64,000 bases of DNA from Thermodesulfobacteriota bacterium (GCA_965205855.1 OZ242184.1:128001-192000), one strand, 5' to 3'. Positions 30,637 through 42,703 are shown, numbered from the stretch's first letter. Notes: generated by a model not told the origin, from the sequence alone. A program made the numbers and translations.

Positions 30637-31627
30637 TTTCGCAACTGCGGGGCTTTTCTGCCTTTTGCTTTTTTTCTGCGCAAACTCATGGGCAGTCTCC
30701 GCGGATGAAAAAGTGCAAAAAGCGACGGAATCCTTCGCCCGGAATTTTTCGCTTTTTATTCAGGACGGATACACGGTCGGCTTTGAGAGGGATGGCGCGC
30801 ACAAGGACGGGGATTTCATCAAGGGGCGTTTTGTTTTTAAACCTGCACGGGGAGGGGAGGGACAGATTGAGCCTGTTGGTTTTGTTCTGTCTCCGGACGG
30901 AAAGATTCTTATGGTCGGAGCCGTCGGGCCCCTTGACCCGATCTACTTCAAAAAATCTCCGGTCGGAGAATTTCGCATGGTTCCCGGTTCGGTAAAAAAC
31001 GCTCCCGTGCTTCTTGTTTCAAAAGACGGGCAGATAATCGCGGCGAGCAGGATTATGGAAACCGGAGTTGATTACGCGAAGAAAAACAGGAACACAATTT
31101 CCCTTGCCGGTTCTCCGGCGCTGGGCAGTAAAAACGCGCCGGTTGTGATTGTTGAATATTCGGATTTTCAGTGCCCTTACTGCCGCGGGGTGGTTGAAAC
31201 TCTTCACAGCATTTCCAATGAATATAAAGGGAAGGTGAAAATAGTTTTCAAGCACCTGCCGCTTGATTTTCACAAGTGGGCGTATCAGGCGGCGGAAACT
31301 TCTTTGTGTTTTCGCAAGCACGGGGGCGACAATGCGTTCTGGTATTTTCACGATGAGGTTTTCAAAAATCAGGAAACGGTAACGGAGGAGAACAGCAGAA
31401 AGCGGTTTTCCTCCTTGGCGTCCGGCGCGGGGCTTGACCCGAAAAGGGTTATTCGGTGTCTGGATTCCAGAGAGATGAAAAAACGGGTTAAGAAAGACAT
31501 CGATGAGGCGAAGATGCTTGAGGTGGACGGAACGCCGACCTTTTTTGTTGACGGAATAAGAGTGAACAATCCCGCTCTTTTAAGAAAAGCCGTTAATCTG
31601 CGTCTTTCCACGGAAGGTCGAAATTGA
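30602..31627 (+). CDS. DsbA/DsbG-type thioredoxin-fold protein with N-terminal extension
   Basis: Signal peptide (..ANSWA), EYSDFQCPYC, KHLPLDFH, cis-Pro GTPTFF. Start approximate. Confidence 0.85.
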   Translation: MLRRFSSAFLNNFATAGLFCLLLFFCANSWAVSADEKVQKATESFARNFSLFIQDGYTVGFERDGAHKDGDFIKGRFVFKPARGGEGQIEPVGFVLSPDGKILMVGAVGPLDPIYFKKSPVGEFRMVPGSVKNAPVLLVSKDGQIIAASRIMETGVDYAKKNRNTISLAGSPALGSKNAPVVIVEYSDFQCPYCRGVVETLHSISNEYKGKVKIVFKHLPLDFHKWAYQAAETSLCFRKHGGDNAFWYFHDEVFKNQETVTEENSRKRFSSLASGAGLDPKRVIRCLDSREMKKRVKKDIDEAKMLEVDGTPTFFVDGIRVNNPALLRKAVNLRLSTEGRN

Positions 31628-32856
31628 AACGGGACGGCATGGATTTTATCAATCAGACAAGCGCGGCTGTCGGAAGTAAATCTTCCGATATTCACGCATG
31701 GAAGGTTTCGCATCTGGAAAAGATATTTGTGCCTTTCTATTCCTCGGCAGACTTAAGGGTTTCGGACGGCAAGGTTGCCGTGGTTGACACAAACATATTT
31801 CCCGCCGGTTTCAACAACCTTTCCGAGAGTTTTCGCTCCCGTTTGGGCTCTCTTGTCAGAAGCACGCTTTTAAAGCGATATCCCGGTGCGGACAGGCTTC
31901 TGATAGTTCCTGAAATCCATACGCGTAACGCACATTACTGGGAAAACATCAAAACGCTTGAAACGGTTCTTCAACAGCAGGGATTTGAGGTGAGAGTGGG
32001 TTTTGTTGGCGATGGCATTGAGCGCGATTTGCTTTCCGTTGAAGCTGCGGGCGGGGGAAATGTTGAGATACGCAAAGCGCACAAAGAGGGAGCGCGGATT
32101 GCCGCAGGGGGTTTTGTTCCCGATGTGGTTTTGCTTAACAACGATTTTTCTGACGATTGCCCGTCCATTCTCCGCGACCTAATGCAACCCGTTCTGCCTC
32201 CCGTGGAAATCGGCTGGCATTCACGCAGAAAAGATGTTCATTTTGAGTTCTACAATTCTCTCGCGGCGGAAGCCGCAGCCATCTGCGGAATTGACCCCAG
32301 TGTGATTTCCGTTAAAACGCGCCTGCTTGAAGATGTGGATTTTGACGAGTCACAAGGTAGGGAAATGGTTGCTTGCGCGGCGGAGGAAATGATTGAAGAG
32401 ATAAGCGAAAACGGGGGCGCAGACCCGTTTGTTTTTGTGAAAAGCAACAACGGCACTTACGGAATGGCCGTTCTTCCGGTTTCAAGCGGTGATGCGGTGA
32501 GAAATATGAACGCGACCAACAGAAAAAAAATGCGCGCGGGTAAGTCAAACAAACCTTCCGGACGTTTGGTAGTTCAGGAAGGCGTCCCGACCGCTTTGGA
32601 AACAACAGACGGAATGCCCGCCGAGCCGGTTCTCTATATGGTGGAAACCGAAGTGGCGGGGGCTTTCTACAGAGCCAATTCAAAAAAAGGCAAAACCCAA
32701 AATCTCAACTCATCGGGAATGGAATTCCGTCTTTTTCCCGATTCCGTGAAAGATTTTAATGAAATCCCCGAACTGTTTTCCCTGTGCGCGACCGTTGCGG
32801 TTCTCGCCGCCGGATATGAGATAGAGAAAGTTATGCTTGAAGGCGGATGCGGGTGA
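31624..32856 (+). CDS. gshA: glutamate--cysteine ligase (ATP-grasp-like GshA type)
   Basis: PFYSSADLR, VDTNIFPAGFNNL, PEIHTRN, LLNNDFS, GWHSRRK, GTYGM, QEGVPT, NLNSSGM. Confidence 0.88.
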   Translation: MKRDGMDFINQTSAAVGSKSSDIHAWKVSHLEKIFVPFYSSADLRVSDGKVAVVDTNIFPAGFNNLSESFRSRLGSLVRSTLLKRYPGADRLLIVPEIHTRNAHYWENIKTLETVLQQQGFEVRVGFVGDGIERDLLSVEAAGGGNVEIRKAHKEGARIAAGGFVPDVVLLNNDFSDDCPSILRDLMQPVLPPVEIGWHSRRKDVHFEFYNSLAAEAAAICGIDPSVISVKTRLLEDVDFDESQGREMVACAAEEMIEEISENGGADPFVFVKSNNGTYGMAVLPVSSGDAVRNMNATNRKKMRAGKSNKPSGRLVVQEGVPTALETTDGMPAEPVLYMVETEVAGAFYRANSKKGKTQNLNSSGMEFRLFPDSVKDFNEIPELFSLCATVAVLAAGYEIEKVMLEGGCG

Positions 32857-32953
32857 GGGGTTTTCTATTTTCCAAAGATGTTTCTTAACGTTGTCAAGAA
32901 CGATTATGCTGTTTATATGGAAAATGGCTGATTTTTGGAGAGAACCGAGAACC

Positions 32954-33490
32954 ATGAAGAAGAAAATAAATCCTTGGATAGAGATGAGTGTTGAGTATGC
33001 AAATCAACGTAATTATCTGGATGATTTATTCGCTGTTTATCCGAACAATACCGGACGGTATTAGTCAAATAGACAAAAAAGTTTGGGGCTATGTGGAAAA
33101 ATCGTTTAAAAGTGGGATAGCGTTCCACTTCTCGAAAATCCGTTAAAACTTGATTTGTTTCCGATAAAAGATTTTTATGTCGTATATTTCAAAAGAGGCA
33201 AAAAACTCTAAAACGCACCCCCGCTACTGCTGATAGGCTTACAGGCCGTTTGTACGGCATGGGGTTGACAGATATATCCGCTTTTCGAATGTTGGCTTAA
33301 TAAAAAAACACTTGCTATACAACCACTAAAACTGGACAAATTTTTGCAAGCAAAAGGAAATGCTGTTTGGATGCAAGCGATGATGAGATGAAGAAATTTG
33401 CCCACAAAAACCTGAATTACAAGCATAGCAAAGGGCTTGATTTCATTGGGTGTTTTAACGGTAAGTATGTTATTGGAGAGGCAAGGGCAA
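32954..33490 (+). pseudogene. frameshifted Tsp45I-like type II restriction endonuclease remnant
   Basis: Segments read across frames: NPWIEMSVEYANQRNYLDDLFAVYP / LKLDLFPIKDFY / RLTGRLYGMGL / PLFECWLNKK / DASDDEMKKFA..KGLDFIGCFNGKYVIGEA. AT-rich. Confidence 0.75.
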
Positions 33491-33706
33491 GCGTTTTGAT
33501 TCCAAGAGTCTTATAAAAATGGTGTTAAGTGGGCATTGGAACGTAAGCCGGAAGAATATGAGATAATTAATGCTCGAACGTCTATCTGACTTATACGTGT
33601 ATGGAATAAGAAAAGGACTTTTTCCCTATGTGTTTTCTATAAAGCGTGTGTCTGTATAAAGCGAATGTGATTTTACGCGAATGGTTGATGTAATTGACCA
33701 CTTCCC

Positions 33707-35425
33707 TCACCCCTCCGATACCGCTTTGTTGTATGCGTTAATAACATCCCTTCTGGACAGGATTCCCACAAGTTTTCTCGACCCTTTGCTTTCCACGACG
33801 GGAAGAATTTCGGCGGGTTTCTCTCCGAGGGTTTTTACCACATCGTAAAGATTTTCATCCGGAGAGACGGTTGTCACATTTAGAGTCGCAAGCTCCTTGA
33901 CCAGTATGAGGTCTTTCAGGTCTTCGCGGAAAAGCCATTGACGGAAATCCTGTATTGAAACTATGCCGGAGAGAAGTCCTTGAGAGTCCACAACAGGAAA
34001 AGTTGTGAATTTGCTTTGCGGCACATACTCAATGAGTTTCCTCAGTTTTGTGTTTTCATCAATCGTTTCAATGTTTGTTCTCATAACATCCCTTACGCGC
34101 AGGGAATGTAGGTTTTCGTTCTCCATGCCGCCGATTTCAACGCCCTGTTTGTGCAGCAGTATCCCGTCAATGGAGCTGCCAATGAAGGTGCGGGCGAGAA
34201 TCCAGCTTGTAACAGTACATGCCATCGCGGGAACTATTATGTGATAGCTGTGAGTTATCTCCAATATCATGAATATGGAAGTCAGAGGGGCGTGCGTGAT
34301 TGCCGCAAGAAACGCCCCCATTCCGAGAGTGGCGCAGCCCGCGACAACATTGGCGGGAACGGACGGGACAAATGATGACACAACCCTTACAAAGGCCTCG
34401 CCGGTTGTCGCTCCCATCAGTATTGCCGGCGCGAAAAGACCGCCGGGCCAGCCAGAGCCGACAGTTATTGAAGTTGCCACAGGTTTGAGCAGGATGATGG
34501 TCGCAAGCACGATAAGCGGAGTTTTTCCCTCAAGTACTTCCTGCACATTCTCATATCCGTTGCCGAGAATGTCCTTTGAGAATATCCCCACAACTCCGAG
34601 AGCAATCGCGCCCGCAAGCAGTCTTATGTTTTTGTTTTTCAACTTTGAAAACAGATCTTCGGTCGCGGAAAACATCTTTATAAACCCTATTGCGAGGCAT
34701 CCCGTCACTATTCCAAGCGGCACATAGTAGAACGCGAGGTCGCTCACATGGGAGCCATCCATTGAGAAAGCGGGCGGTTCAAAAAGAGGCAAATCGCCCC
34801 TGAGCAGATAAGAAACCGCAGTTGCGGTCGCGGACGATATGACTATTGGTATGAGTCTTGTGGATCTCATGTTTCTCAGTAGCACGATTTCTTCTGAGAA
34901 CATCACTCCCGTAATCGGGGCGTTGAAGGTTGCCGCGATTGCCGCGGCGGTTCCGCACGCTATGAAGGTGCGTATGTTTGATTTGGAAAGATTGAGCCTC
35001 TCTCCGGTTATGCTTCCAATCGCTCCCCCGATTTGAGCTATCGGTCCTTCCTGCCCCGCCGAACCGCCGAAACCCAGAGTTACAATCGCCGCCATACCGC
35101 GCACGGCCGCTTCGCGTCCTTTTATTATCACGCTCCCAAGGTTGATTTTCTCAATGAACTTCGGAAATCCGAACCCGAGCAAATCGGACGGGGCAAACGG
35201 GATTTTTGAAATGGCCATGAGCAAACCCGCTCCGAGCAGAAGAGGCGCGAATATTCCCAGGTTTCCGTGCTCAAACGGCTTGACCGCAAATCCGTATATG
35301 TTTTCGTAAAATGTTACGAACAGATAGTTCGCTGTTGCCACGATGATTCCGATTAAAATCGCGCAGATAACAAAGACGGTCTGCTCCCTTGAAATAACAG
35401 ACGATTTTTTTTTCGTTGTCGGCAT
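33707..35425 (-). CDS. ClC chloride channel/antiporter with C-terminal CBS pair
   Basis: GFGFP, GSAGQEGP, AATFNAPITG, GWPGGLFAP, HAPLTS, two CBS domains. Start taken at MPTTKKK. Confidence 0.92.
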   Translation of the reverse strand: MPTTKKKSSVISREQTVFVICAILIGIIVATANYLFVTFYENIYGFAVKPFEHGNLGIFAPLLLGAGLLMAISKIPFAPSDLLGFGFPKFIEKINLGSVIIKGREAAVRGMAAIVTLGFGGSAGQEGPIAQIGGAIGSITGERLNLSKSNIRTFIACGTAAAIAATFNAPITGVMFSEEIVLLRNMRSTRLIPIVISSATATAVSYLLRGDLPLFEPPAFSMDGSHVSDLAFYYVPLGIVTGCLAIGFIKMFSATEDLFSKLKNKNIRLLAGAIALGVVGIFSKDILGNGYENVQEVLEGKTPLIVLATIILLKPVATSITVGSGWPGGLFAPAILMGATTGEAFVRVVSSFVPSVPANVVAGCATLGMGAFLAAITHAPLTSIFMILEITHSYHIIVPAMACTVTSWILARTFIGSSIDGILLHKQGVEIGGMENENLHSLRVRDVMRTNIETIDENTKLRKLIEYVPQSKFTTFPVVDSQGLLSGIVSIQDFRQWLFREDLKDLILVKELATLNVTTVSPDENLYDVVKTLGEKPAEILPVVESKGSRKLVGILSRRDVINAYNKAVSEG

Positions 35426-35502
35426 ACGGTGGTTTGACAGCGGTTTGACTTGATGTACAGTTTGTCCCGAACTTTTCCTTATTGCAATCTGGAAGCAATA
35501 CC

Positions 35503-36801
35503 ATGATACAACCACAGGAGTCGTCGCACATACAGGAAGCTCTGGGGGTGATGCCGGAATTGTCCGTGGGCGGCTTTCTGCTGATTTTATCCCTTGTGCT
35601 GATTGTATCCAAGTTTTTCGGGGAAATAGCGGAGCGTTTCAAACAGTCCTCCGTGCTTGGCGAGCTTGTGGCGGGAGTGGTTCTGGGCGGTGGCGCTCTG
35701 GCGGTTATGCCATCCTCGCCGTTGCATGTGGGTTACCACACTTTTCATATCATATCCGAACTCGCCGTTGTGGTGCTTCTTTTTGAGATAGGGATTGAGA
35801 CGAGACTTAAAGAGATTCTCAAAGTGGGCCCCGTGTCTCTTCTTGTGGCAATTGTGGGGATTGTCTTTCCTTTTTTTCTCGGATTCCTTGCGGTTTACGC
35901 GCTGTACTCTTACGGGATGATGGGCATTGATGAGTCCACGGTTTTTATCGTAGCGGTAACCGCCGGAGCGACTTTGACGGCTACGAGCGTGGGAATAACG
36001 GCAAGGGTGCTTTCCGATATCAAACAGCTCGGCTCGCCCGAATCAAAGATAATAATCGGAGCGGCGGTGATAGATGATGTGGTCGGCCTTGTGATATTGA
36101 GTCTTATCAGCACCCTCATAGAGCAATACAACACCGGCACGGGCGCGGGTGTTTCGTTTGCTCAGGTGGCGCTTGTCGCCGGAAAGGCGTTCGGTTTTCT
36201 ACTGGTTGCAATCGCTCTTGGAAATCTGCTGATTGTCAAGGTTTTCTCCCTTGTCGGCCGTTTGAAAAGCAGGGGTTCGCTTCTTGTCTGCTCGCTCGCC
36301 ATCGCATTTCTCTATGCTTACGCGGGGAAACATTTTGCCGATGTCGCCCCGATAGTGGGCGCTTTCGCGGCCGGTCTCGTAATCAGAAAGGCTCCGCAGT
36401 ACAAGGATATTGAGAACAGCGTCAGAAATGTTTCGGATTTTCTTGTGCCGGTGTTTTTTGTCGCGGTCGGGGCTCAAATTGACCCGGGCGTTCTCCATCC
36501 TTTCAAAGAGGGAAACTCCGAGGTGCTACTGGTCGCGTTCGCGCTGTTTTTGGTAGCGTTTATAGGCAAGTATGCCAGCGCTTTTGCGGTTTTCGGCTCC
36601 GGCATAAGAAGACATATTGTGGGCATAGGAATGGTGCCGCGCGGAGAGGTAGGATTGATTTTTGCCCAGATAGGCTACAACAACGGAAACGGAGTTTTCA
36701 GCGCCAAGTTCTTCTCGGCTATTGTGCTTACGGTTATGCTTACCACATTCGTGGTTCCTCCGTTGCTCCAAAGGGGGTATGAAACTCCGGAAAAAACATG
36801 A
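35503..36801 (+). CDS. cation:proton antiporter (CPA2, NapA/Kef-like)
   Basis: SVLGELVAG, LLFEIGIE, ATSVGITARVL, AAVIDDVVGL, GAFAAG, GMVPRGEVGLI. Confidence 0.92.
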   Translation: MIQPQESSHIQEALGVMPELSVGGFLLILSLVLIVSKFFGEIAERFKQSSVLGELVAGVVLGGGALAVMPSSPLHVGYHTFHIISELAVVVLLFEIGIETRLKEILKVGPVSLLVAIVGIVFPFFLGFLAVYALYSYGMMGIDESTVFIVAVTAGATLTATSVGITARVLSDIKQLGSPESKIIIGAAVIDDVVGLVILSLISTLIEQYNTGTGAGVSFAQVALVAGKAFGFLLVAIALGNLLIVKVFSLVGRLKSRGSLLVCSLAIAFLYAYAGKHFADVAPIVGAFAAGLVIRKAPQYKDIENSVRNVSDFLVPVFFVAVGAQIDPGVLHPFKEGNSEVLLVAFALFLVAFIGKYASAFAVFGSGIRRHIVGIGMVPRGEVGLIFAQIGYNNGNGVFSAKFFSAIVLTVMLTTFVVPPLLQRGYETPEKT

Positions 36802-36832
36802 GGTTTCCGGTATTTCCGTAAAGAGAACTGAT

Positions 36833-37336
36833 ATGAGACGCTTTTTTGAAACGGCTTTTGTTATTTTCGCCCTCGGCACGGAGAGGGCTTTCGCCGCGGG
36901 CGATTTGATAACGGCGGACAAAACTCTGTTTGTGCAGTTTGCTATTTTTCTCGTCGCCCTCTATCTGCTTAACAATCTGTTTTTCAAGCCGCTTATGGAC
37001 CTTGCCGACAGAAGAGAGAGCGCGACTTCGGGTTCGGTAAAAGATGCGCAGGAGCTTGTTGAAAAGGCGCGGAAAATGACCGCTCAATACGATGAGGCGC
37101 TGAAAGAGGCAAGAGAGCAAGCGCTTTCCGAAAGGGCGCGGTTGACAAAGTCCGCCCTGGCCGAAGCGGAGGAAATTGTTTCTTCGGCAAGAGATGAGGC
37201 GCGCCGGTTGTTTGAGGAGCGCGCGGGTGAGACTTTGGCTCAGGTTGAAAAAGCAAAGGATGGGATGAAGTCGGAAATAGAGGATATCGCGGGGATGCTA
37301 ACCCGCAAGATAAAGACGGGTTCCGGGGATGTTTGA
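36833..37336 (+). CDS. F0F1 ATP synthase subunit b'
   Basis: DKTLFVQFAIFLVALYLLNNLFFKPLM..RRE followed by a coiled coil; first gene of the atp cluster. Confidence 0.85.
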   Translation: MRRFFETAFVIFALGTERAFAAGDLITADKTLFVQFAIFLVALYLLNNLFFKPLMDLADRRESATSGSVKDAQELVEKARKMTAQYDEALKEAREQALSERARLTKSALAEAEEIVSSARDEARRLFEERAGETLAQVEKAKDGMKSEIEDIAGMLTRKIKTGSGDV

Positions 37337-37871
37337 GATAAACCTGTTTGCAGCCGCCGGTGAAGCGGCGGGTGGCGCGGTTTTTGACTGGCCGTATGTT
37401 GGCAAACATGCCATAAACCTTTTTGTGCTTTTGGTGGCGCTTTTCTATGTACTCAAAAAGCCCGTTTCGGAGTTTTTGAAAGCCCGCAGGCGCGGGATGT
37501 CCGAGAAATTTGAGGAGTCTGGCAGACAACTCAATGAAGCGAAAAAACTTTTTGAAGAGTGTTCGGCAAAATTTGCCGGCGTCAAATCCGAGATAGAATC
37601 CATGAAATCCTCAATCGCAGAGCAGGCCGAAACGGAAAGGCACAACATACTGCGCCGGGCGGGGGAGGAAAAGGAAGCGATACTGAGAGGTGTCGCGGAG
37701 GGAGTTGAATTTGAATTGGCAAAGGCGAGAGCGGCGATTATAGAAGAGGCGGTTTCCGCCGCGATGAGGATTGCGGAAAGGAACTTGAGGGACTACGCCG
37801 AAAATGAGCATTCCGCTTCGGTCGGATCTTTTGAGTCTCTAGTTGGGGAGGGCAAATGGCCTCGGTTGTAA
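37329..37871 (+). CDS. atpF: F0F1 ATP synthase subunit b
   Basis: AINLFVLLVALFYVLKKPVSEFLKARR followed by a coiled coil. Confidence 0.85.
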   Translation: MFEINLFAAAGEAAGGAVFDWPYVGKHAINLFVLLVALFYVLKKPVSEFLKARRRGMSEKFEESGRQLNEAKKLFEECSAKFAGVKSEIESMKSSIAEQAETERHNILRRAGEEKEAILRGVAEGVEFELAKARAAIIEEAVSAAMRIAERNLRDYAENEHSASVGSFESLVGEGKWPRL

Positions 37872-38404
37872 AACTGAAGGATTTGATTGACGCGCTTGTC
37901 TCCGCTTGTGAAAAATCCGGAGATGGCTCTCTTAACTTGTGTGTGTCGGGACTTGAGAATTTTTTCACCGATATTGAAGATTCAGATATTCTCAAAAAAG
38001 CCCTTGAGAGTCCGGTAATCGCGACGGCGGAGAAGACGGCGATTGTTGAAGATTTGTGCCGCCTGCACGGGTTTTCCGATGTTTTGCGCAATTTTCTTGT
38101 GGCGGTTGCCGGGTTTGATAAACTGAAACCTCTGTCAATCCGCCGCCGTGCCGTTCTTGAGAGGCTCCGCTCCGCCGGCGGAACGGTAAAGGTTACGGTT
38201 ACGGTTGCGCGTTCTTTGGAAGAGGACAAAGAAAGACGCATACGGGACGCAGTGTCAAGTATTGCCGGAATGGAAAAGCAGAGAGTTGAGTTCGCCGAGG
38301 ATTCAGAGATAATAGGCGGAATTATTGTAAGGATTGGCAACAACATTTACGACGACAGCCTTAAAACCCATTTGGAAAGGATGCGCTCCGCGCTTTTAAA
38401 GTAG
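37856..38404 (+). CDS. atpH: ATP synthase F1 subunit delta
   Basis: LESPVI..EK, NFL, VTVARSL, DSEIIGGIIVRIGNNIYDDSL. Confidence 0.9.
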   Translation: MASVVKLKDLIDALVSACEKSGDGSLNLCVSGLENFFTDIEDSDILKKALESPVIATAEKTAIVEDLCRLHGFSDVLRNFLVAVAGFDKLKPLSIRRRAVLERLRSAGGTVKVTVTVARSLEEDKERRIRDAVSSIAGMEKQRVEFAEDSEIIGGIIVRIGNNIYDDSLKTHLERMRSALLK

Positions 38405-38449
38405 GCACAGCGCACTCGGTATACAAAACAAACAAGGAGAGAAAAAATA

Positions 38450-39979
38450 ATGCAAGATCAGGTCAAAGCGGATGACATAGGCGCGATACTCAGAAAAAGG
38501 ATAAGCGACTATGAGCGCAATTTTGAAACCTCCGAGGTGGGAACCGTTATCTCGGTCGGAGACGGTATTGCCAGAATTTACGGGCTTGACAACGCGGTGG
38601 CGGGCGAAATCGTGGAGTTTTCGGTCGGAGTTAAGGGGCTTGTCCTGAATCTTGAGGAAGACAATGTCGGCGTCGCGCTTTTTGGAGAGGAGAAAGAGGT
38701 CAATCAGGGAGATGTTGTAAAACGCACGGGTAACATCGCTCAAATTCCCGTCGGAGACGCCATGCTTGGAAGAGTAGTGAACTCTCTCGGAGTTCCCGTG
38801 GACGGCAAGGGCGATATTCAAACTTCCGATATGAGAAGCCTTGAAATAAAAGCCCCCGGAGTAGTTTTCAGGAAATCCGTGAATGAGCCGCTTCAGACCG
38901 GCATCAAAGCCATCGACTCAATGATACCGATAGGAAGGGGACAAAGAGAGCTTATACTTGGCGACAGACAGACGGGAAAAACGGCAATTGCCATTGACAC
39001 AATACTCAACCAGAAAGGCGGCGATGTTTGTTGCATATACGTTGCGATAGGGCAGAAAAAATCCAATGTCGCTCAGGTTGTGGACAAACTCAGAGAGCAT
39101 GACGCGATGGAATACACGACTGTTGTTACGGCTTCGGCAAGTGAGCAGGCGCCTTTTCAGTTCATTGCCCCTTACGCCGGATGCACTCTGGGAGAGTATT
39201 TCAGGGACAGCGGCAAGCACGCGCTTGTTATTTACGACGACCTTACCAAGCATGCGTGGGCATACAGGCAGCTTTCCCTTTTGCTTAAGCGCCCCCCGGG
39301 ACGTGAGGCGTATCCGGGAGACGTTTTCTATCTCCACTCGCGGCTTCTTGAGCGGGCGGCAAAAATGAGGGATGAGGACGGCGGCGGTTCGTTGACGGCG
39401 CTTCCCATAATTGAGACCCAGGACGGTGATGTCTCCGCATACATACCGACAAACGTGATATCCATAACGGACGGTCAGATATACCTTGAAAGCGACCTTT
39501 TCTATTCGGGTGTCAGGCCCGCCATTAATGTGGGGCTTTCCGTTTCAAGGGTTGGAGGGTCCGCGCAAATCAAGGCGATGAAAAAAGTCGCCGGAACTTT
39601 GCGTCTTGATCTTGCCCAGTACCGCGAGGTTGAAGCGTTTTCACAGTTCGCCTCGGACCTTGACAAAATCACCCAGGACCAGCTTGCCAGAGGTGTCCGG
39701 CTTGTAGAGGTTTTGAAACAAGACCAGTTCGTTCCCCTTTCCGTGGAGAAACAGGTGATTTCCGTATTTGCCGTCACACGCGGATATCTCGATGATTATC
39801 CGCTTTCTTCGGTGCGCTTGTATGAAAAAGAGCTTTTTGATTTCTTTGAATCCAGACATAAGGGGATTCTTGACGAGATAAGAGACAAGAAAGAAATATC
39901 AAAAGAGCTTGAGCCGCGAGTTGAGTCCGCGCTTGAAGAGTTGAAAACGCAAACCGCCGGACTTGCGCAGTCCGACTGA
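38450..39979 (+). CDS. atpA: ATP synthase F1 subunit alpha
   Basis: [41 protein letters not shown]. Confidence 0.99.
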   Translation: MQDQVKADDIGAILRKRISDYERNFETSEVGTVISVGDGIARIYGLDNAVAGEIVEFSVGVKGLVLNLEEDNVGVALFGEEKEVNQGDVVKRTGNIAQIPVGDAMLGRVVNSLGVPVDGKGDIQTSDMRSLEIKAPGVVFRKSVNEPLQTGIKAIDSMIPIGRGQRELILGDRQTGKTAIAIDTILNQKGGDVCCIYVAIGQKKSNVAQVVDKLREHDAMEYTTVVTASASEQAPFQFIAPYAGCTLGEYFRDSGKHALVIYDDLTKHAWAYRQLSLLLKRPPGREAYPGDVFYLHSRLLERAAKMRDEDGGGSLTALPIIETQDGDVSAYIPTNVISITDGQIYLESDLFYSGVRPAINVGLSVSRVGGSAQIKAMKKVAGTLRLDLAQYREVEAFSQFASDLDKITQDQLARGVRLVEVLKQDQFVPLSVEKQVISVFAVTRGYLDDYPLSSVRLYEKELFDFFESRHKGILDEIRDKKEISKELEPRVESALEELKTQTAGLAQSD

Positions 39980-39991
39980 GCAGTTGTAGAA

Positions 39992-40867
39992 ATGCCGAGT
40001 CTTAAACAGATAAAAACAAAGATAGCAAGCACCAAAGGCACAAGGCGTATAATGAGCGCAATGAAGCTTATTGCGGCGGTGAAATTGCAAAGAACGCAGG
40101 CCCTTCTGAAATCGCACCGCGTTTATGTTGACGCGTATGAGAAAATCACCTCCGGAGTTTTGGGTACGTGCGAGCCGGACATGCATCCGCTTCTTTTCCG
40201 TCCTGAACGGAGAATAAAGGCACACATAGTATTTCTGACTTCGGACAGAGGTTTGTGCGGAAACTTTAACAGCTTTCTTATCAAGGAGCTTGACTCAATG
40301 CTCGGTGAACGCGCCTTTGACAAAGAGAATTTAAAAATGACTTTTCTCGGAAACAAGGGAAGGGACTTCTTTTCTCCGCGCGGTTTTGAACAAGGGTCCT
40401 ATTACACGGGCGTAAACGAAGAGAACTACGCGGAAATCGCGGGTGAGCTTTCGTCTCTGCTTTCAAAGGAGTTTTCGGAAAGACAGACCGATGAAGTGAT
40501 TGTGGTTCACAGCGGTTTTGTTTCCGCGCTTTCCAGAGAGACGGCTTTTGAGACCCTTTTCCCCGTTGAGATTAAAGACGGGCGTGAGAATGCCGGAGCC
40601 CCCGTCTTTGAGCCGTCTAAGGAGAAAATAGTGAACGATTTGATACCGGGCTATTTGAGGCTCAAGGTGGAAAAAGCGATTTTGGAATCTCTTACAAGCG
40701 AGCACGCGGCGCGCATGACCGCGATGGAAAACGCCACGAGTAACGCGGACGAACTTGTAAAAAAACTGACCTTGTTGTTTAACAAGACAAGGCAGACGAT
40801 AATAACAACCGAACTCATGGATATTGTGAACGGAACCGAGGCTCTAGGAAAAGGAGGAAATGATTAG
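39992..40867 (+). CDS. atpG: ATP synthase F1 subunit gamma
   Basis: TSDRGLCGNFN, SEHAARMTAMENATSNA, FNKTRQ..ITTEL. Confidence 0.97.
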   Translation: MPSLKQIKTKIASTKGTRRIMSAMKLIAAVKLQRTQALLKSHRVYVDAYEKITSGVLGTCEPDMHPLLFRPERRIKAHIVFLTSDRGLCGNFNSFLIKELDSMLGERAFDKENLKMTFLGNKGRDFFSPRGFEQGSYYTGVNEENYAEIAGELSSLLSKEFSERQTDEVIVVHSGFVSALSRETAFETLFPVEIKDGRENAGAPVFEPSKEKIVNDLIPGYLRLKVEKAILESLTSEHAARMTAMENATSNADELVKKLTLLFNKTRQTIITTELMDIVNGTEALGKGGND

Positions 40868-42271
<1,404 letters not shown>

Positions 42272-42304
42272 TGACAAGCGGCCGGAAACAGCGGGAAAGT
42301 TTCA

Positions 42305-42703
42305 TTGTCGACTGAAACCCTTACATTGAAGGTTATCACCCCTCTGGGGCTTGCTCTTGAGGAGCGGGTTGAAAATGTTGTCCTTAAGGGTGATTTGGGA
42401 GAGTTTGGAGTGCTTGCGGGACACGTGTCCATGGTCTCCACCGTGATCGCGGGCAGAATCAGATATGAGAACTCCGAAGGGGAGAAAACCTTTATCGTCC
42501 ACGGCGGCATAGCCGAAGTTCGGGACGATACGGTAACGGTTCTCACCAGGGCGCTGGAAAGTCCGGACGAGATTGATGTTAAAGAGTCTTCAAAAGAGGC
42601 GGAAGAATTACAACACAGAATTGAAAGCGGAGTCCTTACCCATGAAGAGCGCGACCGACTTTCGGAGCGTCTTCAGATTGCCCGCGCGCGGGCCGGGATT
42701 TAG
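42305..42703 (+). CDS. atpC: ATP synthase F1 subunit epsilon
   Basis: LKVITP, GEFGVLAGH, GGIAEV, C-terminal helical hairpin. Confidence 0.93.
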   Translation: MSTETLTLKVITPLGLALEERVENVVLKGDLGEFGVLAGHVSMVSTVIAGRIRYENSEGEKTFIVHGGIAEVRDDTVTVLTRALESPDEIDVKESSKEAEELQHRIESGVLTHEERDRLSERLQIARARAGI

